Assembly (NCBI GenBank): GCA_038087875.1
Contig: CM075990.1
Span: 10,232,001-10,292,000, forward strand
DNA from: Malacoraja senta
Lineage: Eukaryota
Direction of reading: 5' to 3'
Length of the DNA: 60,000 bases
Made by a program: the position numbers and the translations under genes. The notes beneath the pieces were generated by a model. That model worked only from the letters and a program-made list of their open reading frames with translations, ran no database searches and was not told the origin of the DNA. Shown one piece after another: positions 13,060 through 26,652 of the stretch; within the stretch, counting starts at the first letter, position 1; each line of letters opens with the position of its first letter.

Positions 13060-13370
13060 CCTTGATCACAAGGTTAGGATTTGAGAAGCATCTTAAAGGA
13101 GGAAAAAGTGGAGGAAGGGTTGGAGAGGTTTAGGCAGAGAATTCCAGAGCTTAAGGCAATGGCAGCTGAAAGCAACGTTAATAGAATGATTAAATTAAGG
13201 AGGATCACCAGACCAGGTGGAGCACAAGTGTGCTGGAGGGTTGTGGGGCTGGAGGAGATTACAGAGGGGAAGGGATTTATCAATGGTGGAATTTGAAAGC
13301 GTAACGTTAGTGTTAGATGTTTACTGAACGAAGAACAAATGTAGGTCATTCAAGGACGGCGAGATGGATG
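13060..13370 (-). mobile_element. Old L2-like LINE 3' ORF fragment
   Basis: Minus strand retains ctctggaattctctgcctaaacctctc...ctcctttaagatgcttctcaaa (LWNSLP...FK..LK motif). Confidence 0.55.
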
Positions 13371-13749
13371 AATGGGAGTTAAGAAAGGGCACCAATGTTT
13401 TTCAGTCTAGCACGTTTGTAGCCACTTTGGAATCATTGGTCAATGTGGAGGGAATTTAATGTTGATAAACCAAATTTGTTAAACAGTTAACACTGCCATT
13501 GTCAATTTACATGAGAACGACCAGTAATAATGTGATCAATAGATAAGCTCCAGAATTCTCCTTAGATGATGCTTCCAAAATCAACGCTCATTAGTTAAAT
13601 ATAATTATTCAAAAACTTTGGATGTGGCAAAATGAATTAATATAATTAAAGATCTCCTTATTTTTATTCAAATACAAATTCTTCATGATATGTTCATTGT
13701 TCATCTTTTATTGTCACTTAGAAGGCAACCACTAAAATTATGGTATATT

Positions 13750-14048
13750 GGGTGGCACGGTGGCATAATGATAGAGCTACTGCCTTACAGCGTCAGAGAC
13801 TTAGGTTCGATCCTGACTACGGGTGCTTGTCTGTACAGAGTTTGTACGTTCTCCCCATGACCTGCATGGGTTTTCTCCAAGATCTTCGGTTTCCTCCCAC
13901 ATTCCACAGATGTACAGGTTTGTAGGTTAATTGGCTTGGTGCAAAATGCAAAATTGTCCCTCGTGTGTTATAGGGGGATCACTGGTTGATGCAGACTTGG
14001 TGGGCTGAAGGGCCTGTTTCCACACTGTATATCTAAACTAAAACTAAA
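13750..14048 (+). mobile_element. HE1/V-SINE-like tRNA-derived SINE
   Basis: A box tggcataatg, B box ggttcgatcc, V-domain, CR1-like tail gggcctgtttccacactgtat and (ctaaaa)n. Confidence 0.85.
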
Positions 14049-14486
14049 TATTACTAAGGATATGATCAGCAAATTGTGCAACAATTTAACCCTTTCAAAC
14101 CATAAAAGGATTCTTAAATATTGGATTTCAGTTCCAAATAAAACATACTGGATAAGAAATTATTTTATTACTGAATGATCAGATGATTTATGGAAGTCAC
14201 ATTAAGATTGAAATCCTATAGTGCGGTTCACAGGACCACATTCGGGGTTTCACTGTGTAGTGCTGTGCTGCATCACTCTCAGTGAGGTATTCTCAGCTTA
14301 CCCACAGTAAATTCCCACAGAAGACAACACCAGGGCTTGCAGGTATGACCTCTGAATCCAGCCGTTAATAGGGCAGAACACAATGCAAGCAACACTCCTC
14401 CAGGACTGAGGAGTGTTGCTGTTGAATGATTAGAAGCTGAAGTAATGAGAGGGGGCGAGACAGTGCTCCAGGGAACATAGGGATCT

Positions 14487-14725
14487 GGTAGACCCAAAAT
14501 GCTGGAGTAACTCAGTGGGACAGGCAGCATTTCTGGAGAGAAGGAATTTGAAGTTATTCTCTAACTTCAAATAGCTCTTGCTTTCCCTCTCGCTCCATCC
14601 CCTTCACCTTCCCAGTTCTCCCACCAGTCTTACTGTCTCTCCAGAGATACTGCCTGTCCTGCTGAGTTACTCTGGCATTTTGAGTCTACCTTTGATTTAA
14701 ACCAGCATCTGCAGTTCTTTCCTAC
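14487..14725. mobile_element. Fold-back Penelope-tail element, 12-bp TSD
   Basis: TSD acatagggatct at 14475-14486 and 14726-14737. Confidence 0.85.
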
Positions 14726-15585
14726 ACATAGGGATCTAATGCCACTGACAACAATTAGTGCCCACTGGAGGTCTGTCCTTTGTGCAGGAGGATCAGAGGC
14801 TCCAGCAAGATACTCCTGGTAGGAAGGTATCGGGGAGATCTATGTCAGGACCATGAACATAGACTCTGAATGCCTGCACTGCGAAGATCTGGAAATGTGG
14901 AGATCTCATCAGCTTAGGTTGTATTGGAAATCGTTGAAAGCTACAAGTCTCAGTAAGACAAGAATGCAGTTGAAATGAAGGTGCTCTAAACTGCAGAGTT
15001 TCAGAGGAATGGGACGAGTATAACCCTTTTTTCCTTCAGACCAGCATAGTTGAAAATGTCACCACAGATGAATAGTGCATTACCATTGACCTCATTTGGT
15101 GGGGCTTGTTTATACTGGAGAGAGGGGTCCAAAAGCAATAAAAGATGCTATCAGAAATTCAGTTAAGTTTCTCATTCGACGCTAATATATCCAGAAATGT
15201 ACGTGAAACTGTTTTACTCCATTTCTCAACTGTGCAGAACTGTGTATTTTGAATTGAGTTCATTCACAAGGAGCCTTCAGGCATTTCTCCAGTGAATACC
15301 GTGGTAAGGACTAGATCTGATGCTGATCTGTGCTACACTGACAAATCTCCATCTGAGTATGGAGGGGAGCCAAGCTTGGTCGTGGCAGCATTAGACTAGA
15401 GAATGAAATTTAACTTGATTTCTTGCAATTGAGCTGTGGTGATACTTGCACGACTTCAGATTTGCTTATACTGACGTAGAGGCACAGGCCACTGCTAAAT
15501 TATGGATGAGGGTCACACAATAATGGTCACATGGGAATGCTGCTTCTGAAATTGTATCCTAACAAGCAGACAACTTTAGGATGAA

Positions 15586-15671
15586 GAAGGGTCTCGACCC
15601 GAAACGTCACCCATTCATTCTCTCCAATGCTGCCTGTCCCACTGAGTTACTCCAACATTTTGTGTCCATCT
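15586..15671 (+). mobile_element. 86-bp Penelope-tail insertion, 14-bp TSD
   Basis: TSD aactt(t/c)aggatgaa at 15572-15585 and 15672-15685; insertion begins inside the hammerhead core. Confidence 0.85.
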
Positions 15672-15721
15672 AACTTCAGGATGAAAGGGAAGAAAGATAA
15701 TTGAATGACATAATGTAAAGC

Positions 15722-16125
15722 TGTCAGCTGAGGGTCAGTCGATAACATTCTTGCCTCAAGGTCAGAGGATTAGAGCCCAAATCTCATTCTAGATATTAGG
15801 GCACAGAATTCTAGTCTAAATTCCAGTCCACTACAGTGGAATACTGCACTCAGGGTCCACATTTCAGATGACGCAATAAACTTCAGAGAATTCACAAAAA
15901 GTCCTGTGACATTATTTCAAAGGAACTCTGGTGAGTTCCTTTGAGTGCACCGGCCAATATTTATACCTCAGTCACCATCACTAAAACTATATGAGCATTA
16001 TCACATTGTTGCCATGTTTCCTACATTACAACAGTAAATCCACTTCAAACGGATTTCACAGCCTGTTAAGAACCTGGGGTTGTCTTATGGTTAATAAAGT
16101 CACCATTTAAAAGCATGCCTTTTTG
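15722..16125 (+). mobile_element. Ancient DeuSINE-like (SacSINE1-type) SINE
   Basis: ggccaatatttatacctcagtcaccatcactaaaac...tttcctacattacaacag...cacttcaaa, as in Deu-domain SINEs. Confidence 0.65.
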
Positions 16126-16903
16126 CATTACTGTTCAAGTTTTCCCTTTCTAAACTTTGACAGTTTCCTGAACATAAGGTCCTTGGGAAACAGAAAAAAA
16201 TAGGAATAGGCCAGTCAGTCTTAAATCTGTTTCACCATTCAATTCAATCATGACTGCTCCTGTAACTCTAAAATATTCCTGTAGTCTCGCATACCTCTTG
16301 AAACCTTTTTTGATGTAACAAAATGAGCTCTTTTCTTAAACATATTCAGTGACTTACCTCCACAGCCTTCTGCAATGGAGAATTACATGGTTTCACATTC
16401 CTCTGAGTGAAGAAACGAATAGCGTACCACATAATCCTGAGACTGTGATCCCTGGTTCTAGACACCCCCCCCTCAATTTTGGGCAAATTTCCATCCTTTG
16501 TAGGAAATATCCTCACCAGATCAGAATGTTATAGTTGTCTATGGGCTCTTCTTTATTCACCCGACTTCTGTCAATGTTTCAACATTGAATATCTGTTCAA
16601 CTTTACAAAAATCACATATTTTCAATGTTTGAAAACCATAAAAATTACTGTATAGGAATTTTACACGCACAGTTGAAAAAGATAAAAACAATAAAGTTAC
16701 TAAAAGTAGATGATGATGAAAAGAACCATGTTCAATTAGATTTTCAGTGGTACATTCGTTATTTGGTGTCATAGAGCTGCACAGCTCAGAGAAAGGCTCT
16801 TCAGCCCATCTTGTCTGTGCCGATCACATCGGCATACTGATCTAGTTCCATTTGCCTAATATTGGCCCATAGCAATCTAATCCATAATGATCCATATATA
16901 ATG

Positions 16904-17702
16904 TATAAAGTATATAAAGTATAAAGTATCCTTTATTGTCATTCAAACTTTTAGTTTGAATGAAATTATGTACCTTGCAGTCATGACAGAGAATAAAATA
17001 ACAGAACACACAATGAACACAGTTTAACATCCACCACAGTGAGTCTACCACGCACCTCCTCACTGTGATGGAAGGCAAAAGTCCTTATCTCTTCCTTCCT
17101 TGTTCTCCCTCTGCGTTGAGGTGATCCAGGCTTTCGATGTTGGGCCCCCCGCCGGGTGATGGTACGTCCCGCGGCCGAATCCGAACTTCGCGAACGGGCC
17201 GGTTCAAATTCCGTGGCTCAGGGCGGACAAAGCTGTCACCCTCCAGTCCAGCGGACGAAGCTGTTGCTGCGGGAGCTCCGGAGAATTGGTCACCAACCTG
17301 GGACCTGCGAGCTCCCGATGTTGTCGTCCACTGGGCCCGCGGCCGAAGTCTCCGAGGCTCCGAAGTCGGGCCGCCGCCGCAGAGCCACCACAGCCCCGAA
17401 GTCAGCCAGCTTCGCGATGGTGAGTCTTGGCTCTGCCTCCCGAGCCTCGAGGTCGGCCCCAGTTGGAGGCCACCAGTTCCGTGATTAGGCCTCAGCGCAG
17501 ACGGAGACGGGGATACGACAAAGAAAAGGTTGCATCCCCCCGAAGGAAGAGATTAAAACAAGTTTCCCCCGCCCCCCACACATACACAACTAAAAATAAA
17601 CTAAAACATACGTCCAACAAGACAAAAGAAAACAACAACAAAAAGAAAAAGACAGACGGACTGCAAGCGAGCCGCAGCTGCTTTGGCAACGCCGCCACTT
17701 CC
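16904..17702 (-). mobile_element. GC/CpG-rich non-coding retroposon with Rex1-like ends, inserted into a CR1 tail
   Basis: Minus strand starts ggaagtggcggcgttgcc and ends aatgacaataaagg + (atacttt)n; CR1 tail sequence on both sides (16770-16885, 17703-17775). Confidence 0.6.
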
Positions 17703-18367
17703 CCTGGCAGCTTATCTGTCCAAATGCCTCTTAAACATTGTACTTCTACAGCTTCTCCTGGTAGCTTATACCAGAAGTGGAAAATATGGGCAAGAAAATG
17801 GCCCCTCAGGCCTCGTTAACCATTCAAAAAGTCTGATCCAAATTTGGACTCAGATCCACTCTTTTCCCTGTTGCAACTCTCAACTCCCTAGTGTAAAAAT
17901 CTGTTGTTCTTGGCCTTGAAAGCCCCGTTTGGAATTCACCTTCTTTGAATAGCCTCCAATGCAAGTATATTAAGGCAGAAATGCACGCAATTGTACTCTT
18001 TTGGTCTCTGATCCAAGTGCTGAACCAGTAATAATGACCATAAATTAAAATGGCATTGTGGAAGGCAGTAGCAGAGCTAATACATAGTTCTCTTGTCTGA
18101 TATTTCACTCAACCAGGACCATTCAGTTGGCTTGATGCCAGTTACGCTGTGCTGGTGGGTTCCTTGCTGTTCTAAATATTCACTGTTCATATTTTACCAA
18201 TGTGAGATAATAATTCAAGAGGCCTTGCAGTTTTCAGGTTGGGTTTTGTGTCATATATGAAGATAGTTGGAATTTGGAAGATTGCTTAAGAAAATAAAAA
18301 GAGTTACATTTTTGGACACAGGTTCCATTCAGGTTTCGCTGAAGGCAAACACACAATAAGAGGGTGA

Positions 18368-18540
18368 AGGCCTGGATAGAGTGGATGTGGAGAGGATGTT
18401 TCCACTAGTGGGAAAGTCTAGGACCAGAGGTCATAGCCTCAGAATAAAAGGATGTTCATTTAGGAAGATGAGGTGGGATCTCTTTAGTCAGAGGCTGGTG
18501 AATTTTTGGAATTCATTGCCACAGAAGGCATTGCCACAGA
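18368..18540 (+). mobile_element. CR1 ORF2 C-terminal fragment
   Basis: DVERMFPLVGKSRTRGHSLRIKG...RLVNFWNSLPQ. Confidence 0.85.
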
Positions 18541-20699
18541 ATTCTGCCCCTATCACAGGAAGAGTCTTGAGGCAAATTACACAAGGCCATTATTTTGCCC
18601 CTCTGATCTGTTAGTCACAATGTACTCCAGTCATTTTATGGAGAGTGGAGGTCAAACAGCTGAAGAGACGAGAGGTGAAAGAGCTCAGTAACGATTAATG
18701 GCTTTCCATCAAATCCAGATCAATGGTTGAAGTTTTCTCTGTTCAAGATCCGCATAAAATAGTGCACCTCTTCAGATCCAACCTTCTCCAGCCTCTTGAA
18801 AACAAATACCGTTTACCTGGCAAAGAAAAGGCAGGAGGGGAAGATGAGGACAATTTCTATTTTTATCTCAGTGACTTAGTGTGAACTGGAATTTACCCTC
18901 TGACAGAGATGCAGATTCAATTCACTTTCAAATCATTCACCAGTCATGATCTCTTTGAATGGCAAAACAGCCTTGAAGTGATGAAAGTCTCCTGGTTCTC
19001 TGTTCGCCCTTTTATTAGCATCTGAATTTAACACCTTCTGTGCTTATCAGTTATACTAAGATTTCCCAAGTGTATTTCTGCTCATGTAAAGGCAGAATAA
19101 TGATTCAAGCGTTGACTCACACCACACGGGCACATTTATTTGTGCACAATAACCTGTTCACCTGATGAAACTGTTTCCCTTGACTTGAGGAGTTCTAGGC
19201 ATAGCTTATCAAACTCTGGAGTAAGCTTGTTCAGTGCCTCCATCTTGTCGTTCTTTCTCATTCAAGGAGTTGACATCTTGTTTAGTGTTGTTGCTGACAG
19301 TTTTGAGATGGTGCTGCAGTATCTTGGGACACTGCAAGATAGATGTCAGAACCTCAGAAAATGTCGACCTCTTACTATTGAGAATCTCTGGAATTCTCCA
19401 CTTCGAAGGAATTGATGCACTCAGTAGTTGAGTATGTTCAGGAATGAGATTGGTGGTTTAGTGCGCACAGTGACATGTGCCACCAATGAATAGTTTCATC
19501 AGTTCCACAGTAGGCACCAGTAAGACTAAAGAATCGCAGATCACTCCAGATTCTTAGTTAATTTCCTTTGCGGCACATGTGGTGAACTCTCATTCCCAAA
19601 TTGGCTTGGTTAGACATCGGTGGAAGATTTGAAAGCTACACATCAATTGTTCCACATATCAGGGAAAGAGTAAAGATACCAGGTGTGGTGGAGCTGTGGT
19701 AATAAACCTTGTCGATGTGGGAGATGGAGGCGGTGGGGGGGGGGGGGGGGGTGAACGGGAGCGACTTTTGCTCCTATTGTGCAATTCAATTACTTAATTT
19801 AATTCCAATGCACCATATAATCTGTTATTTGGGTAGAATGCAATGAGCTTCTTATTAAAATGTTTCAATTAATACCTTAACCAATATTATGGAAAATCTC
19901 ACACAAGTATTGCATTAAGATTTTGTATTATTGTATTATTAATTTTTATTATTAATAATGACCACTGATAAATTTTGTGTTGGTTAAAAAAAAGTTACAA
20001 CAATCAGGAAATATTCCAAATACAAACTTTAGCCGTTTGAAACCTTTGTATTTAACTATGAATCTAATTCTGATTAACATTTTTATTGCAAAAGCTTTCT
20101 TGATCTTAATAAAATGTACAAAGAGGCCACAAGCATTTATCAAAAGCTCTTGGAAAATGTCTATAGTAAAAACATTATTTTTGAAATACATAGTCCATTC
20201 AATTTATTGTAACTGACTCAGTTCTGACAGAAGAAATATATTAAACGTGTACTAAAAACAAATGTCCTGTCAATAACAGTATGTTGGAATAAATTGGCCA
20301 GATTTTTGCAAACTGTCAACAAAGGCAAACAAAAGGAAATAGCCACAAGATGAAATAATTTCTGCGATCCGTGTTGACATACAATGCAGTTTGGAGGCTG
20401 CTGGAAAACACGTCTGACATACTCTGCTCCATATTTGCCAAAACAACAAACATTTTACGGTTGTTATCACATTACATTTTTTTTAAAATGTATAGCTCAA
20501 TGTGAGATTGATCTTTCTTGTTTAGTTCAAGGTTTGCTTCTGCTTCTTTCCCTAATTTAGAACATACGGATAAGGTTATTGTTGGGATAAACCAGACACA
20601 CACCAATGTCCAGAATTTATCTCAGTCCAATGTGACGTGAAGAGCAGATGTAAAGACACACATGGAAAATCACCAGCTGTTGGCTCATTTGCACTACTC

Positions 20700-21190
20700 A
20701 TAGAGTCCTAGAGCATGGAAACAGCCCTACTTATCTGTGCCAGCCAAGATGCCCCAACTAAGCTGGTCCTAGTTTCTTGCATTTGGCTCTCATCCCTCTA
20801 AACATTTCCTATTCATGTACCTGCCCAAATGTCTTTTAAATGCTGTTATTGTGCCTGCCTCAACTACTTTCTCCGGCAGCTTGTTCCATATACCCATCAC
20901 ACTCTATGGGAACAAGTTGCCCCTCGGGTTCCTGTTAAAACTTTGCCCTCTCCTCTATGCCCTTTTGTTCTTGATTTCCCTATGCTGAAGGAAATAAAAG
21001 TCTGCGTAGTCACACATTAGATTCCTCTCATGATTTTATACACCTCTATAAGATCACTTCTCAGCTTCCTGCACTCCAAGGAATAGTCCTAGCCCTGCCC
21101 AGCTTCTTCCTATAGCTCAGGCCCTCATGTCCCGACAACATCCTCATAAATCTTTTCTACACACATTCCAGCTTAATGGTATCTTTTCAA
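20700..21190 (-). mobile_element. CR1 3' fragment
   Basis: CR1 tail plus decayed ORF2 C-terminus. Confidence 0.75.
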
Positions 21191-21824
21191 CGCCAATTCA
21201 AACCCATGTTAGGCTTCCAGTAGTTTCATGCACTCTCTCTTTGTCTTGCTTTGGATGTAATGATTTGGACCCATGCCAATGGGCTCATTACTTGCAGTAA
21301 CAGAGGAAAGATGCATAGCCACAGAGCATGACACTTAGACATCAAGTTCAGAGGAGCAAGTCTTTCATCTCCAACTCGAAAGGATTTATTTTATGAAACC
21401 TTGAAATTAAGTTTTGCTTCTTGAATGTGCAATTTTGTCTGATACTACAATGTGCGTAAGCTAAAGATTTGGATGTAACACCAAGAGGGAATGGATTATC
21501 ATCAAGGGTTCTGCAGTTGTGTTGACAGGAGTTATACTGCTGTATTTTAGTTTGAGACTCTGGCACTCCAGGACATGAACATATGGCTAAGTTGTGAAGA
21601 AAATAACTGAACGGTAGATTCCAAGGTCATTATTAGAGCATTATCCCGTCAAGGTAAATAACGCTCAACAAACTTCTTGCTGTTGCTGGAGGAGTATGGA
21701 ATTACCGATGTGGAAGGTAATAGAAAATTGCACTCTCCAATCCTGCCCTCATCCTCAGCAGGTTTTATTTCCCCTTTACTGTGCTTATCCTGACACTGCA
21801 AAGCAGAAAACACATTAGCCATAA

Positions 21825-22190
21825 GGTCATAAGTGGTAGGCACAGTATTACGCCATTCGACCCATCAAGTCTACTCCACCATTCAATCATGGCTGATCTT
21901 TCACTCCCTCCTAACCCCATTCTCCTGCCTTCTCCCCATAACCCCTGACACCCATACTAATCAAGAATCTATCTATATCTGCCTTTTAAAAAAAAATGCA
22001 ATTGACTTGGACCACAGCCTTCTGTGGCAAAGAATGCCACAGATTCACCACCCTCGAACTAAAGAAATTCCTCCTCATCTCCTTACTAATGGAACGTCCT
22101 TTAATTCTGAGGCTGTGACCTCTGGCCCTCGACTCTCCCACTAGTGGAAACATCCTCTCCACATCCACTCTATCCAAGCCTTTCACTATT
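21825..22190 (-). mobile_element. CR1 3' fragment
   Basis: ORF 21986..22186(-) KGLDRVDVERMFPLVGESRARGHSLRIKG...RVVNLWHSLPQ. Confidence 0.85.
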
Positions 22191-22733
22191 CCTGTGATGC
22201 AAAAATTAAGGATAACTGTATTCTGAATTTACAAAGCTTTGTAATTCTGCAATGGGAACAGCATATATCAAAAGGTCACTATTTATTAACTATTTTGTCA
22301 AAGTATAAATGCATACTGCAGTATGTGAGAGCACAGGCTGCCTATTTAGTCTTATCTTCGTATCAGCATAGTTTAATACAAATGACCTAATAATTCCAGA
22401 TTTAAGTTTATTATTGTCACGTAGAAGCGTTGAGTGAGAATTACAGTGAGAAGCGTTGATTTGCATTTGCTAATACTAATTTCAACTTCGTCTTGAAGGT
22501 TGCCATTTAATGCTAATTATTGGACAAATTACAATTTTATATTCATGCTTTTAAGAATGCAGGGATTGCAGGCAATGTCAGTATTTATTGCCCATTTTTA
22601 CTCGCCATCTGCAGATGGCACCTGTGGCGACATTTTGCAAGCAGCACAGCAGAAAATAATCAAACATAGCTTACCTGCAGACAAGAAACAGCACAAATCA
22701 GTGGATATACACACTGAACTTTTTTTTTTTCTC

Positions 22734-23949
22734 TTACAAATTGGGATAGAGTAGGAATTAAAACGTTTGGAGATATGTATGATAATGGAATTTTTTTAAC
22801 ATTTCACCAACTACAACTTAAATACAACTTGAGCAGTAATCAATATTTTAAATGCTTTCAAATACGTGACTATTTGAAAAAATATACACGAGAATATCAA
22901 AATATGTCTCCTGATCTATTAGATGAGATAATGAATATAAAAGCGGAAACAGCTAATTTAATATCATACCTGTATAATTCCATTTTAAACATAGAAATTC
23001 CATCATCTGATGGGATTAGAAGAGAATGGGAACAGGAATTAGCTATAAAAATCTCGAAAGAGAGTTGGGATAAACACCTGTTATATGTGCATAAATGCTC
23101 GATTAACGTAAGACATACTCTAATTCAATTTAAAATTTTACATAGATTATACTATTCGAAAGTTAAATGAAGTAAATTTTACCCAAATACCTCTTCTATC
23201 TGTGATAAATGCCTAACCCAAGAATCAACTATAGCACATTCTTTTGTTTTTTGTATAAAAATCCAAAAATTTTAGAATGAAATTTTTGAAATTTTCACTA
23301 AATTATTTAAAATAAAACTGAAACCAAATGCAGAACTGATTATTTTTGGAACAATAGAAGCAAGTTTGGAGCTGACTTTGTTTCAAAGGAGTTTTCTTAA
23401 TTATGGCTTAATAACGGCAAAAAAATGTATTCTGAAATTTTGGAACAATGCTCCCACGCCAACAACAAAAATGTGGACTTCTATTATGTCGGAATTGTTA
23501 CACCTAGAAGATATGAGATTCCTCTTAGCAGGTAAACCAGACCAATTCCAAAAGATTTGGTCTCCATTTATCGACTTATTACAAACATAGGGTGCAACAA
23601 AATGTTGATAATAAATGGTTTCAGGACCTGGCGAGGGGCGAGTAAAGATATGAAGTAAGTACATCCCTTTCATAGTGTCCTACCTTATCTTATGTTTTCT
23701 TTTTTCTTTTTCCTCCTTTTGGTTTTTCTCTTTTTTAAACTATTTCTTGTGGTTTAGGTCCATATGGGTGTTCCTGGACCACTCTTTCAATCACTCACTT
23801 ACTATCTTTACTAACTCTTTCTATCCTTTTCTCTTATTAAAGTTTAAAATAAGAAGTGGTACAAGAAAAGTATAAACTTACGTTATTGCAGATTACTGTA
23901 ATGTACAATACTTCTAATAAAATAAAAAATATAAAAAAATTAAAAAAAT
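22734..23949 (+). mobile_element. 5'-truncated L1-clade LINE (ORF2 C-terminus with CCHC, 3'UTR, poly-A)
   Basis: IQFKILHRLYY, CDKC...H..(V)FC motif, premature stops, AATAAA and A-tail at 23916-23949, TSD aact(t)nctc at 22717-22733 and 23950-23963. Confidence 0.85.
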
Positions 23950-24077
23950 AACTTTTTTTTCTCGTTTGTTATATTGTTTACAGTGTACTATGTTTACTTA
24001 TTCTGTTGCGTTGCTGCAAGTAAGAATTTTATTGTTCTATCTGGGATATATGACTAAAAAACACTCTTGACTCTTGA
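23950..24077 (+). mobile_element. Rex1-type 3'UTR tail (host of the L1 insertion)
   Basis: Matches 41330-41443 and 3670-3770. Confidence 0.75.
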
Positions 24078-25267
24078 GATGTTGCTGAATTGCCATCTTC
24101 TTCCTCCAAGTACAGGGCTCGAAATTAACGGTTGACCGGGTGCCAATGGCCATCTAAAGTCCCACCGGGCAACCTAAAAGCCGTCCCATTTTTCACAGCT
24201 TGGCAAGCACCCAAGGCACCTGCCGTTCAACTCTGAGCGAGCCCCCCTCTCTATCTCTCTCTCTCTCTGTCACTCTCCGTCTCCACCCGCCATCCGTGTC
24301 CAGGCCGCCAGGTCTCTGCTCTCTGGCCACTCCTCATCCGTCGGCACATGCCTTGCACATGCGCACTGCCACGACCTGCACATGCGCATAACCTCGGCCA
24401 GCACATCATCAGCCGCCCTCCACTTGTGCACTGCACATGTGCACTTCTCCCTTTGCATTGTGGGAGATCTGGCAGCCATTGCTGTCCAGTCACCGCTTCG
24501 CCACGACTGCTGAAAACCAACGCAGAATCACTCCCTGGAGCTGGAGTAACTCTTGCTTCTTGGTTTCCTGGTCCACCAAAAATATTCCAAATGGAATTTA
24601 AACTGGAGGTGTTGGAAGGTCCACCACCAAACTCCAAATTCTGAACAATAACGTCCTATTGCACTTTATCTGTTTATTTATTGTGTCTATGGTATATAGA
24701 CACACTGAACTTTTATCTCGTGTTCTGTATTATGTTTACGTATTCTGTTGTGCTGCAGCAAGCAAGATTTTCATTGTCCTATGTGGGACACATTACAATA
24801 AAATTCTCTTGACTCTGGACTTGGACTTAAGCAAAAAAGGGTTCTTGGGGAAAAAAGAGCTACCTTAAATTTAGTTGCGTCTGGTTGGGTAATTATGGTA
24901 GGGTGAAGACTATTCCATGTTTTAATTGTGCGGGGGAACTCCATGGAGCAGCCAGCATCTCTGGATAAATTGGGTGATGTTTCGGATAGAGACCCTTCTT
25001 TAGACTCCCTCTGGTTTCAGTGTTTTTAGTTTAATTTAAAGATAGTGTGGAAACAGGTCCTTCGGCGACCACCGAGTCCACGCCGACCATCGATCACCCA
25101 TACACTAGTTCTATCCCACACATTAGTGACGCAAGTCAAAGAGTTACCAGTGTTTTATTCTCTCACGTCCCAGTTAGAACAATGAAATCCTTACTTGCAA
25201 CAGCACAACAGAATATGTAAACATAGTACTCTGTAAACAATGTTATAAACGAAAAAACAAAACAGTG

Positions 25268-25929
25268 TATATTTATATATGAATATATAACTATATATAT
25301 ATATATATAACTATATATATATATATATAACTATATATATATATATATAACTATATATATATATATAACTATATATATATATATATAACTATATATATAT
25401 ATATAACTATATATATATATATAACTATATATATATATATAACTATATATATATATATAACTATATAACTATATATATATATATAACTATATAACTATAT
25501 ATATATATATAACTATATAACTATATAACTATATATATATATATATCTATATATATATATATCTATATATCTATATATCTATATATCTATATATCTATAT
25601 ATCTATATATCTATATATCTATATATCTATATATCTATATATCTATATATCTATATATCTATCTATATATCTATATATCTATCTATATATCTATATATCT
25701 ATCTATATATATATATATATATATCTATATATCTATATATATATATATATATATATATCTATATATATATATATATCTATATATATATATCTATATATAT
25801 CTATATCTATATCTATATCTATATCTATATCTATATCTATATCTATATCTATATCTATATATATATATTATATATATATAACTATATATATATGTATATG
25901 TGTGTGAGTATGTTAAATATATATATATA
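25268..25929. repeat. Compound (TA)n microsatellite
   Basis: (TA)nAC units, then (TATATATC)n, then (TATATC)n. Confidence 0.95.
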
Positions 25930-26099
25930 CCCACACACACAATTTCCCTCCTAGGATTAATAAAGTTCTATCGTATAGTATTGTGTGTGTTGGAAGCAGA
26001 TGTTGGTTTAAACTGAAGATAGACACTAAAAGCTGGAGTAACTCAGCAGGTCAGACAGAATCTCTGGACTAAAGGAAAATATTACATTTTGGGTTGAGT

Positions 26100-26280
26100 C
26101 TGAAAAAAGGTTCCTGCACACTTTTAGAATGTGGAAGGAAACAAGAGCACCTGGAGAAAACCCATGCGATCAAATGGAAAAGGAGCAAACTCCATACAGA
26201 CAGCACCCATATTCAGGATCAACTCCAGGTCTCTGGCATGTTTAGGCAGCAACTTTATGGCCAATGTACTGCCCCATAGT
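26100..26280 (-). mobile_element. V-SINE-like fragment
   Basis: Reverse complement of head and V-domain of 13750-13900. Confidence 0.65.
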
Positions 26281-26424
26281 CTTGAACTGAATTAAAACAT
26301 GCAGTAGCTGTAAAGGGGGACATAGCGTCACTTAGAGATTTAAGACTGAAAATGGATAGTTTCTTTTTTTTTTAGTAACCAAAGTTATCAATGTATAATT
26401 TTTTGTGTGTTGGAAAACAAAATA

Positions 26425-26652
26425 TAGTGGCACAGCTGGTAGACTTGCTGCCTCACACGCCAGATATCTGTGTTCGATCCTGTCCTCGGGCACTGTGTGT
26501 TGAATTTACACATTCTCCCTGCAAGCATGTGGGTTTTCTCCCACATCCCAAAGACGCATTGGATTTGTAGATTAACTCGTCTCTGTAAAACTGCCCCTAA
26601 TGTGTAGGGAGCGGGTGAGGAAAGTGGGATAACAGAACTTGTGTGAATGGGT
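26425..26652 (+). mobile_element. V-SINE-like SINE
   Basis: gtggcacagctggtag...gttcgatcc...ttctcccacatcccaaagacg. Confidence 0.7.

Noticed and set aside
17137..17819. Several ORFs over 100 aa
   Set aside because: Due to high GC inside a retroposon; no domain motif
24113..24130. Transib/RAG-type transposon suggested by the 5-bp TSD
   Set aside because: Termini are CAGGG, not CAC or RSS-heptamer-like; no nonamer seen
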